A stretch of 64,000 bases of DNA from Paramoeba atlantica. Its lineage: Eukaryota; Protista; Discosea. Location of the stretch: assembly GCA_977017575.1 (NCBI GenBank), contig CDRNVI010000187.1:49704-113703 (forward strand), written 5' to 3'. The notes beneath the pieces were generated by a model. The model was not told the DNA's origin. It worked only from the letters and a program-made list of their open reading frames with translations, and ran no database searches. The position numbers were made by a program, and so were the translations under genes. Every line of letters begins with the position of its first letter. The first letter of the stretch is position 1. This document shows, one piece after another, positions 36,824 to 48,604 of this stretch.

Positions 36824-37898
36824 AATGAGAAAGAACAAAGAAAGAAGAAAAGAGGAGAGAAATTTGAGGGAGAGAAAACAGGGGAGAAAATAGAGAGAAA
36901 GAGAGAGAGAGAAACCAGAGAAAGAGGGAGGAGAGAAAGCAAAAAAGAAATTGGAGGAGAAATCAACAAGAAGAGAGCTCATTCAATGATGTTATTTGTT
37001 CTGTATTTTGAAAGAAAAAATAAGAAAAAAAAAAAGAGAAAAAAGAGAGAGAGAGAGAGAGGAAAAAAGAAAAAAATAATTCAAAAAATTGAACCTAAAA
37101 AAGAGTCATTAAACATCATTGTATTTTTCTTTCCACTTTACTGAAACAAAAAATATAATTTAATAAGAGAGAGAGGATGAGACAAGAAAAAAAAGAAAGG
37201 GAAAAGAAAGAGAGAAAAACCAGAAGAGAGGGTTTCAAGGGGGGAGAGGAGGAAAACAAACAACAAAAAATAAAAATCAGTGAAGAAATCAACAGCAAAG
37301 AAAACTCAGTGAGGAAATCAAAAACTAAATCAGCAGCAGCAGAAAATGAAACTAAAATAATAAAAATTGAAAGAAAAGGAAGGAAAAAGAAGTGTGGTTA
37401 GAAAAGAAAAACCAAAACTGAAAAATTTATTTTTCTTTTTATAAACTAAACTAACAAACAAACAACCAAATTGAAAAACTTGAAAACTTGAAAGAGAGAA
37501 AAGAGAAAGAAAAAGAGAGAAATAAAATAAAACCCTTTTCTGTGAATTAATTCATTTTAGAATTTGGTAAGAGAAGTTTTAAAACAAAAAAAGTGTTTTA
37601 AAGATAATTTTCTCCATTATGTAAAATTCATCTGAAAATATCAAAAGAAAAATGAGAACTCAGTGAGGGAGAGGAAAGAAAAAAATACAAAAAATGAAGT
37701 TTTAGGTTTGTTCTTTGTGAATTGTATTTTTTTTTGAGAAAAAAGAAAGGAAAAATAAAGAAAAAGAGAGAAAGAAAGAAAAAAAAAAACTAAAATAACA
37801 AAAATTAAAAGAGAAATTCCAAGAGAAATCAACACAAGAAAAATTGGTAGAATACAATTATTGTTCTGTGTTTTGTGTTTTGAGAAAAATGAAAAAAA

Positions 37899-37939
<41 letters not shown>

Positions 37940-40400
37940 ACTAAAAAATTGAGGGAGAAACTAAAGAAAGAAATCAAAAAAAAAGAAACTTGAAAAAAGA
38001 AAGAAGGTTGCAAAGTGGTGAAAAAGAGGACATGAAAAAAAATCACATTGTAGTGTTTTGACTGATGAAAAAAAGAACACACCCCCCCACACATGGTGTT
38101 GTGTGCATGCAACTTTGAACTTATTCTTTGTTCTGAGAAAAAAAAAAAGAAAATGAGAATAAAATAATAAAAAAAAAAGAGAAAAAAAAAAGAAAGAAAA
38201 GAAAGAAAGATAAACACACACACACCAGAGAGAGAAGAATCAGTAGAAGAATTGGCAGAAAAACATTGCAGAGGAATTGACAGAGAAAAAAGATGAACAA
38301 CTTGGCAGGGGAATTGGTGGAGAAATATTACAGAGAAACTGGTAAACAAATTGATAGAGGAACCAGCAGAGAAATAATTGGCAGAGAGATTGGGATTGAT
38401 GAAGGAATCAAAAAATCTTTTTATTTTTATTCAGTGGAACAAAATATCAAAAAAAGAGAAAGAGAAAGAGAAAGAGAAAGAGAAAGAGAAAAAGAAAGAG
38501 AAAGAGAAAAGAAAGAGAGAGAGAGAAAGAAACCAGAGAGAGGGAGCAAGCAAAGAAATATTGAAGAGGAATTCCAAAAGAAATCAACAGGAAAATATTG
38601 TGGAGAAATTAACAAGGGAAATTGGAAATAAATCAGAAGAGAGAGAAGAGAAGAGAGAAGTGAGGAAATATTTGTAACAAAAAAAAATAAAAAGAAAGAA
38701 AGAGAAAACCTTTTTTGAAATAATAAAAGAATTTGAGGTGACAGATCAATAGAACAAATAGTAAGTCCAAAAAAAAAAAGCGATTCATAGATACAGTAGT
38801 GTTATGTGTATGTGCAAAATATTGAATCTTTGTTCTTTGCTTTATGTTCTGAAAAAGAGAGAGAAGAGAAAGGGGAAAGGAAAAAAGAGAGAAAAGAAAA
38901 AGAGAATGGAAAGAGAGAAAAGAAGAAAAAAAAAAAAGAAAGGGAAAGGAAAGAATGAAAAATTAATGAAAGAATAAAAGTGAAAGAAAGATCAAGGATG
39001 GGATTGGGGGGGGGAGAGAAAAAAGAAAGAAATAAACAACACTCACTGTTGGAGTGGCAGTGAAAAAAAAAGGAATAAATAAAAAAGAACTAAAAAAAAA
39101 TCATGTTTTGTTGTTTTGGTAGCTAAAAAAAAATGTGATGTGTGAAAAGAAAAAAGAAAAGGAAAAAATAAAGAAAAAGAGGAGAGAAAGAAAACCAGAA
39201 AGAAAGCAAAGAAAGATTGCAGAGGAATTAACAGAAGAATCAATGGAGGAACCAGCAGAGAAAGAAACTCAATCTGGAGTAAAGAAAAAAGGTGAACAAA
39301 TCAGTGGAGAAATTGGCAGAGAAATATTGCAGAGAAATTGGTGAACAAATTGGCAGAGGAACCAGCAGAGAAATAATTGGCAGAGGGATTGGTGAAGAAA
39401 TTAGAAAATCTTTTTATTTCTGTTCAGTGGAACAAAATATCAGAGAAAGAGAAAGAAAAAGAGAAAGAGAGAGGGAGCAAGCAAAGAAATATTAAGAAAC
39501 AATCAGTCAAGATTTTAGTGAACAAATTGGCAAGGGAATTGATGGAGAAATATTGCAGAGAAATTAATAAAAGAAAGAAAGGAAAAAAGACAACCTCTTT
39601 AATAAAGAAAAAAAGAAAGAAAGGGAACCTGAAAAAAGGAAGAAAAAAACAAAAAATGAGTAACACACACTGTTGGAGTGGCAGTGAAAAAAAAAGGAAT
39701 AAATAAAAAAAAACTAAAAAAAATTGTGTTTTGTTGTTTTGGTGATTAAAAAAAAATGTGATGTGTGAAAAGAAAAGAAAAGGAAAAAATAAAGAGAGAG
39801 AAAGAGAGAAAGAAACCAAAGAGGAAGCAGAGAGATATTGCAGAGGAACTGGCAGAGGAATTGGCAGGTATCAGCAAAGAAAGAAAATCAGATCTGGAAA
39901 TAGAGGAATTGGTGGAGAAATATTGCAGAGAAATTGGTGAACAAATTGGTAGAAACATCAGCAGAGAAAATGATAGAGAAATTGGTGAAGAATTACAGTA
40001 GAAATATAAGAGGAGAAATCAATGGGGTAGGAAGGAGGGAAATGGAGGAAAAACCAAGGAAAAAACAGAAGAGAAAAACAAAAAAGAAATATCAGAAGAG
40101 AAAAGAAAGAAAACCCCAGAAAAAGAAAGTACATTTGAGGTGGACACATGTTGAAGTTGATTTTTGTTCTGTAAATTTTGAGAAAAAAGAAAAGGAGAAA
40201 AAAGAAAAAAAAAAAAAGAAAAAAGGAAAAAAAAAAGAGAGAAAGAATAAGAGAGAGAAAGAAAGACCAAAGAAGGTAAGGAGAAATCAGTGGGAAAATA
40301 TCTAGTAGGAAAATCAGTTGAGAAACCAGCTGAGAAATTGGGAAAAAAATCAGTGTGGAGAAACCAAAAAAGAAAACTTGGATTAAAAATTGGAGGACCA
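32350..40400 (-). pseudogene. Decayed multi-exon gene remnants (exon-like islands in GA-rich intron-like DNA), internally duplicated
   Basis: Complex 90-150-bp islands bounded by AG and GT on the minus strand (e.g. a 96-nt phase 1-1 exon at ~32512-32607), repeated at 33190/34530 and 33680/35630. Confidence 0.5.
38230..40000. repeat. Degenerate tandem repeat with a ~625-bp period
   Basis: CACTGTTGGAGTGGCAGTGAAAAAAAA(A)GGAATAAATAAAAAA at ~39044 and ~39669; AATTGG(C/T)...AGAAATATTGCAGAGAAATTGGTGAACAAATTGG motifs at ~38300, ~39310 and ~39905. Confidence 0.8.
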
Positions 40401-41138
40401 ATAAATATGAGAGGAAAAAACCTGAAGGAAAAAGCAGAGGAAAAATATTGAATTCATTTTTCTTTTTCATCTTCCTCTTCTTCTTGTATGTTGTGGTGTG
40501 ATGTAGTACAGAAGTTGTTGTTGTTGTTGTAGTATTGATTTGTTGGTGTGGTGTGATAATAATTTTCAAAAAAAGAGAGAAAAGAAAGAAAAAAAAAGAA
40601 AAAAAAAAGAAAAAGAAAGAAAAAGAAAGAAAAAGAAAGAAAAAGAAAGAAAAAGAAAGAAAAAGAAAGAAAAATAAAGAAAAATAAAAAAAAAGGAAAT
40701 TTATTTTTGAAAAAAATTAAAAAATGAAAATAAAAAAAAAACCAAAAAATGTTCAAATACACACGAAAAAATGAATAAAAGAGTTGAACACACACAAACA
40801 TCAATTAACAAAACTAATTTCATCCAAATTTTCTTTTTTTTGTGGGGAGGGTTCAGGGAGTTATTGATAAAATGTCTCTCTTCCATTTGTCAATCATAAG
40901 AACACATATAATAAATGTGTTGCTCTCCTCAAATATTTTTTTGTGCAAAACCTTTAAAATGAAACAAAAAATGAAAAAATCAGTGTTTGGGAAGATTCAT
41001 ATTGAGGTAATTATATGTTTTCAAGAAATAAACATAATATAGAAAAAAATAGTTTTTTTTTAAGAAAGATAAATAATAAAAGAAATTTAAAAAAAAAAAA
41101 AACCTCTTTGAAAGGGGTTCAAGAGAAGAAGAATTTTC

Positions 41139-41755
41139 TTATTCCTCTTCATCCTCCTCCTCTTCTTCTTCAATAATGTCATCATCATCATCATTGTCAT
41201 TCTCTTCTTCCTCCTTTTCTTCTTCAATAATATCATCATCATCATCACTGTTATTGTCTTCTTTTTCATTATTCTCATTGTCAAAATCATCATTATCTTC
41301 TTCATCTTTAAGGCAGCTTCCTTTTTGTTGAGAAAATCGTCGGGAAACTCCAGAGTTTAGTTGCCTCATTCTTTTTTGATTTTTTTCTTCACCATGATCA
41401 TTATTGTAGATTTCCCAAAAAACATTAACTTTATGATTCTAAACGGTTTCTGCAACAAATTGAATATATTTGCTCCCTTCTTTTTTTCACATAGTTTGAG
41501 ACTTTTGAACAGCATGAGTTGTTTTCATATGCCAGATTAATATTGATGTCAAATAAAGAGACAATGGCCCATTTTCACCTGGAATTGATTTCTCAAATTT
41601 TTGACTTGCGATGTAGAAATTGTTATAAAAGGATCAATCACTAAGTTGATAACCATTAGCAGTCAAAAAGAGACCAATAAAAGAGTCATCCCAAGATTGA
41701 AGTTCAGACTTGCAAGTGGAAGAGCAAAGAGTGGAATGCTGAAAAAAAAAGAAAA

Positions 41756-41786
<31 letters not shown>

Positions 41787-44700
41787 AGGGGAGAAGAAAA
41801 AGAGAAGAAAAAGAGAAAAAAAAGAGAAAAAAAGAGAATAATTAGTATGTTTTTATTTGTTGTTTTTGAATTAAAAGAAGGAAGAGAAAGAAAATCCACC
41901 TCTCCAGAAAAAAAAAAAAAGAAGAAAAAGAAGAAAAAAAAACAAAACAAAAAAAAATACTCTGCAAAGATATTTGAGAAAGCGAAGTTTCATCAAAAGA
42001 GGGCGAAGACATTCAATATAGTAATCAAAAACAAAAGAAAGGCAATTAGAATACTCTAAAACAGTATCCATAGGTCGAAGTGAAGTTTTTTCTGGAAAAA
42101 CACAAAAAATTCCCCAAAAAAATCCAACTTTTCAAAAATTCTCAATGGTGAGAGAGACAAAAACTTCTTTTCTAAGAAAGAAGAAGAAAAAAAAATAAGG
42201 AGAAATAGGAAAGAAAATGAGAAAATGAGAAAAGAGAAAAGAGAAAGAAAAGGAGAGAAAAAATAAAGGTTTTAATAAAATAAAAAAATAAAAAAAATCC
42301 ATTACTGAAAGAGATGGACTAAAAAGAAGAGAAGAGGAGATTAAGGAGGGGGAGAGAGGGAGAGAGAGAGGGATAGGGGGGAGAGGAGAGAAAGAGAAAA
42401 AAGAGAAAAGAGAGAGAGAAGGAAAAACAAAAAAAAATTATGTACCATGGACCTCCGATATTTCCAATACTCAATAACAAAATACAAAGTTGAAGATAAT
42501 TTTTGATCAGGTTTTTGCAAGTTGAATTAAATGAAATCTGTATTGTTCATTTCTTTCCATATTCAATTGGAAAAAGATTAAAAAATAAAATAAAAAGAGG
42601 AGGAAGAAGGGGGAATGATTAAAGATGGAAAATTAAAGAGAAAAAATAAGAGAAAAAAAGAAAAGAACTTTGAGCTTTTGAATTCGGGATTGAATTTCTG
42701 AGGTGAACTAAACATTAGCAGCCGCTATTTCTTCGTTCATTTCAGTTTGAAGTTTCTTTGCATTGGTTAATAATTGAAAAACCAATTGTTCACAATTTTT
42801 GATTGTTAAAGACTAACAGACAACACACACACACACACCAAAGAAAACAAAAAGAAAAGTAAAAAAATATTAATTTTTGATGAGAGAGAGTTTAAAATTA
42901 AAAAAAAGAAATAATTTACAACAAAAAAAAAAAGAGAAAAGAATTCAAAAGAAAAAATATATTAATGAATCAGAGAAAAGGAGAGAGAGAGAGAGAAAAA
43001 AGAAAAAACTTTGTTGTTTTGGAGTTGGGATTGGAATGACTTGGCTCCTCTCTTTCATTCAAGATCCTGAACAGATCTTCGAGGTCTTGATGCTCCAATA
43101 GAAAAGGATGTACCATAAATCATAGCATTACAATTTGAAAGAAACCATTGATTTGTTTTCCTTTTTCAGAAATATAGAAAATTAAATAAAAAAAATTGGG
43201 TTTAGAAAACATTTGAAACAAAAATTAAGAGAGAAGAGAGTTAAAGAGAAGAGAGAGAGAGAGAGAGAGAGGGAGAAGAAAGTTTGTTATATTTTTGTAA
43301 CAAAAAAAAAAAAAAATACCAAATCCAATTTGCCAGTCTTTGGAAAGTGAGCCCATAAGAGGAAATAGTTTTTTTCTTTAAAAACAATGACAGAGTCTTT
43401 AAGAAAAAGGCTAATAATTTCTTGGAACAAAATATTAACCACCCTAAACCCCCAATCACAAAATATGAGAGAGAGAGAGAGAGAGAGAAGAAAAAAATGA
43501 AATGAGAGGAAAAATGAAAGAAAAATGAAAAAAAAATGAAAAATAAAAAAAACAAAAACCACAAGAAGAAAGAGATATCTTCAACTTGTCAAAAATATGA
43601 ACAACAAAACGGAAATACTGCTGAATATGAGAAAGTGGCCCACTAACAACAAGGATAACTTAAGTAGGAATTTTTTGTTTTCTCTTTTTATAATTTTTTT
43701 TTTCAATTTCAAATAATTTGTTCGAAAAATATTTCTCAAAAATTTCAATAAGAAAAAGAGGAAAACCATGTTGGAAAAAAGACCAAAAGAGATCCTAAAC
43801 CACTGCCCACACAACCACAACACAACCACAACACAACCACAATACAACCACAATATACACACAAAAAAAAAAAACAATTAATCAATAAAAATAAAAAAGA
43901 AAAGAAAAGAGAGAGAGAGAGGAGAGGTTGGGTTTTTTGAGAGAACAAAACAAAGAAAAACAAACAGTTTCTTCTTGTGAAGGGAATTTTGATGGTTCAA
44001 ATCTGTGAGCCAACTGGTCAGATAAGTCAAAAGGAAATACAGGGCAGCATTGATCTTTAAAATCATTTGAATCTTGCATTTTCCTTATCCAAGGAGGATA
44101 ATTCCCATGAGGAAAGGCTTCTTTCGTTTTACTGTTTGCAAGACTGGCAAATCTAAAACCCAAAATAAATAAAATTAAACCAAGTTGGTTGGTAATAAAG
44201 AAAAAAAGAAAAAAAACAAAAAAAAAAAAAACATACTTTGCTCCATTGATTGGACAATTTGAAGAGCCTTCTTGAGACAAAGAAGGAACAAAATGACCCC
44301 ATTGTTGAAGAGAACATCCATAGTGTGATGGTGGTCCTCTTTCTTGATCAACATAAAATCCAAGAACCCAATATAAGATTTTCTTATCCTGTCGATGTTT
44401 CTTGGGATACTTTTTTATCCTCTCAGAATAAGATTCGATCGGAAATGAAACAGAAGAAGAAGGTTGTGGTTTTGGGTTTGAATTTAAATTTGCAGCAGTG
44501 GCAACATCAGGTATTGAATCAAAAATGGAGTTGTCATCATCACCATCAACCTCATCATCATTATCAGCAAAATCAAGATCAGAATTTTCCTTATCATCCA
44601 AATTAGAATCAGAATCAAAATCAAAATCATTACCCAAATCAGAATCATTGTCACTACTATGATAATAATCACTAGAGTCACCACTTTCATCATAACCATC

Positions 44701-46450
44701 TGACACAACCACAACATGCTCAGCAGCACTTTGATCAAAATAGGAATTATTAGAAGAAGAAGAAGAAGAAGTATCCACAGCAATACAAGAAGAAGGATTG
44801 TCACTACTCAAGTCCTCATCAGAAGAAGAAGCATCATCAGAGTCATCATTATCACTACAAAAAGAAGCATTCATCTTTTTCTTCCAATGATATTATTGTT
44901 GTTGCCCACCACCACCACCATTTTTACCATTTTGAACTTTCGGGAATGTTTCTAGAGAGTTGGATGGAGAGTAGAGAGAAGTTTTTGTAAGAAAAGAAAG
45001 ATTTCTTTTTTCAATATGGGTTTGGGGTTTGGGGTTTGGGGTTTTAAGAAGAGAATAAAAAAAAAAGAAAAACAAAAAGAATTCAAGAAGACAAAAAAAA
45101 TTTAAAAATAAATTAATGTTTAATAAAACAAAATTAAAAATAAAAAATTTAAAAAAACAAACTTTTTTTTTGCTTATCCTTAGAGGGAGGGAGAAATGAC
45201 AAAATAGTTGTGGGTTGCTTCAACTTTAAGAGATTTCACTTTTTCTTTTGAACAGGAGGAGAAAGTTCATCACATGAAGAAGAAGAGATATCAAGAGGAG
45301 CAACAGCAGCAGCAGTAACAGCAGCAGCAGTTCCACCATTTGTTGTTGTTGTTGTTGTCTGATGTGATTGTTGTCTGATGATTCTTTTTCGTTTGAAAGA
45401 AGCTTGCTGTTGGTATGCTATTATTGTTTGGAATGAGTGTGTGGTGGTGTGGGCGAAAGAAAGAAAGAAAAGAGAGAAAAAAGAAAAAAGAAAAGCAAAG
45501 AAAAGCAAAGAAACATTGAAAAAAAAAAATTGCAAAGAAAGAAAAAAAAAATTTCTGTTACCTTCTGGAGATTTGTCTGGTCATTGCCTTCTTCCTTGAT
45601 GAGCAGCTGCTGTTTTTGAAGAGGAGGAGGAGAAAGAAGGAGAACATCATGGTTGGTTCTCTTTGGCTGAACAAAAAAGTTTTCATGGTGGTGGTTGTGG
45701 TTTTTGAAACTGTGGTGGATGTATCAAAGAACTTTTGAAAGAATTTGGTGGTGGTGGTGGTGGTTGAGAAGTTTTGGATAGCAAAAAGGAGGGAATTGGA
45801 GATGAGGGGGGGGTCTGAGGTGAACCAAGGATTTGGTCTGCTGGATCTTGTTCCTCTTCCGTCATAAGATTGTCAACAACAGCAATAGTATCGAATGATG
45901 ATAGTTTAATAAAATCATTATTAAAACTTGATACACTCACAATTATGATGTCATCATCATCATCACTATCACTGCTGCTGCTGCTGCTGCTGCTGCAATT
46001 TTCATCACCATGGTCATTTCCATGTAATGAACCGGAGTTGTAAATGTCTTCTTCTTCCTTAAAAAAATGAAAAAAGAAAAAAAAAAGGATCATTAAAAAA
46101 AATAAAAGAAAAAAAATGAAATTTTTCTTTTTGTGGAAAAATATTGAAAAAAAACAAAATGAAAAGCAAAAGTATGGGGTGATGTGGGTGGGAATAAAAA
46201 ATGAAAATCTGAAAAAGGTGGGGAGAGGGCAAGGGTGGCAGTGGTGGTAATTGTGGTGGCAGTGGTGGTGAATAAAGTTGTGAGAGTTGTAGTTGTTGAG
46301 GAGGTAAATGAAGTGAAGCACAGTGTTGCAGTTGTTGTGGTGGTGGTGACAATTGTTGTTGAAGAGGTGGTTGTGATGGTTGTGGCAGTTGTTGTGGTTG
46401 TTGGGATGAAGAAAACCAAATTTCACTCAAAAGTGGTTTGATTCTCCGAT
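41139..46450 (-). pseudogene. Large multi-exon gene with acidic low-complexity regions and several in-frame stops; family unknown (DDE-transposase-like is speculative)
   Basis: 330-aa ORF at 43882-44874 with an internal intron (...CPINGAK|...|GFRFASLA...); further exons GKQINGFFQIVML*FMVHPF, SWDDSFIGLFLTANGYQLSD*SFYNNF and YIQFVAETV*NHKVNVFWEIY carry TGA/TAG stops one transition away from sense codons. Confidence 0.5.
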
Positions 46451-47899
46451 AAATTTCTTTGGTACTCTTTGAGTGAAAATAAACTTTAGAGAGAAAGGTA
46501 GTCAAAGGGTCAAGTTGTGGGATAGAAAAAAAGGAGTGAACAGCCAAAATTTCTTGAAAATTGGCTTGACATTTTTGTTGTGTGGTAAATTGTTTGTTAA
46601 GTTTGGAAAGTGAAAAAGAAGAAGAAGTATTATGTGAAATTAGGGTGGGGATTGTTGTTGTTGTATCAAGAACACCACTTAGAAAGAATTGAAAAAGCTT
46701 CGAAACAAAAAGAAAAGCCTAAAGATAGCTTTGTAATTCAGTGAAGGATGAACAACTATTTAAGTGATCAGAGTATTTATGAAGGTCATCATGATAATGA
46801 AAAGAAGGGGAAGAATGAAAAGTCTTTTTCAGTACGTTCCATGTTTTCTGGAAAGAAGGAAATGTGGCAGAGGTGGAGTTTTTCTTTTTCATATTTTTCC
46901 AAAATAATCAAAATTGCACGTAAACACACACAAAGAATTTGATTTCCTTTTTGGAAAATAAAAAAAAAATTGAGAAAAAGGAAGAAAATGAGGAAGGGAA
47001 AAAGAAGGTGGGGAGGGGGAGGAGGAGGGAAAGAAGAAAAAAAGAGGGGAAAAATGAAAAGAAAAAAAAAAAACAAAAAGAAGGCGAAAAGATAAAAGTT
47101 GTAAAAATAGCACCTTAAGAAGAGTGATTGAATATTCTTGAATTTGAATTTTTCAAACCCAAAAAATGTTGGACAAATTCCTTTCAACAGTGATTTTGAT
47201 CTTAGTTTCTGTCTGCCCAGACAGAAAAAAAAATAAAAGGTCTCAAATCTCTTTGAGAGAATTAGAAACCCCCAAGTTGCTTGTGTTACATCACCAAGCA
47301 AGACAAGAGTCTGTTTTCAAAAGAGAAGATAATATTCTCAGTCAAATACTTTTTTTGAGAGTAAAATAAAAACCAACTTGATCCGAAAAAAAGAACAATC
47401 TTGTGTGTATGGTGTCAGAGGTTAAGTGAGTCAGAGGTTAGGAGAGGGGTTGGATTAATCCACCATCTTGATGGGGTTTGAATTGATTCATTCGAAAAAA
47501 TGGAAATCTCCATTCTATCACAAAGAAAAATTACAAAAATACGAAACAAAAAGGTTTTCTTTTAAAATTATTGAGAGAAAATAAAAAAATGAAAGAACTT
47601 GATTTTCGTAAATATCAGAGAGAGAGAAAATAAATCAATTGACAAATCACAATAGGAATTGATGAATTGTATGTGTGTGTGGAGGAAAGATTCTTCTGTG
47701 TGAGTGTGTGTGGGTTTCTTTTTTTGCCAAAAAAAAAAAAAATAAAAAAAAAATTGACCAACTCGTGACATAATTTAACACTCTAAAAATGATATTATGT
47801 TGTTTTTTTTTTTGCCTTCATTTTGTGTGAATGATACCTTGTTTGCCTTCCAGCTTTTCTGAGAATTTTGTTGTTTTCTCTTTTTGTGAGTGGTTCTTA

Positions 47900-48480
47900 A
47901 AATTTTCGAAAAGGAAAAGATTTAATAAATTTGTGGAGATGTGAGGAAACTTCAGTTCTTCCAAGAAACTCCAAACAACCAATGGGATATTTATGAGAAG
48001 GGGGTTTGTTCAATGCTGAAAAAACCACCAATAAGAACCATCTGGTTTGAACTTCGCTCACTCCTTCCGGAATACTTCCATCATTTTGTCCTTGCCAAGG
48101 GGTGGGAGAAATACTCACAAGAAAATGTAAGCATGTGTTGTTGCATTATTGTTGAGTCTCTTTCTTCTCACAAATCATCTGGATTCTCCACCGAAAAGTG
48201 GATTATGAATCAAAAGAAGAAACTTGCTTGCTTGCTTGCTTTTCTTGTCCTCCTGATTGGCCACTTTACTACAAAATCAGATTTGATTTTGATTGGGATG
48301 TGATCAAGAAAGAATTCTTTGAAGAAGTTCCAAGGCAGAATGACAAGTGTGACCACAATCCTAAAATCACATCCCCTGTCTCTGTAAAACAGGAAGAGAA
48401 TGGAAAGAAAGATAAAAAGAAAGATGAGAAAGAAAAAGAGAAAAAGAAAAATAAGAAAGAGAAAGAGAAAGATGAATTAG
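47900..48480 (+). pseudogene. Degenerate ORF of unknown family truncated at the start of duplication copy 2
   Basis: Protein-like frame PSFCPCQGVGEILTRKCKHVLLHYC*VSFFSQIIWILHRKVDYESKEETCLLACFSCPPDWPLYYKIRFDFDW runs into TTAGGGTTTAGG at 48477. Confidence 0.3.
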
Positions 48481-48557
48481 GGTTTAGGCTGTAGTTTTTT
48501 TTGTTTATTTGTTTAAACTTGTTTTCTGAAGCAAATAAAAAAAAAAAATTTAAATTT

Positions 48558-48604
<47 letters not shown>

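Noticed and set aside
47900-48480. Resemblance to a YqaJ/lambda-exonuclease-like protein
   Set aside because: Only a vague pattern; catalytic motifs could not be identified by eye.
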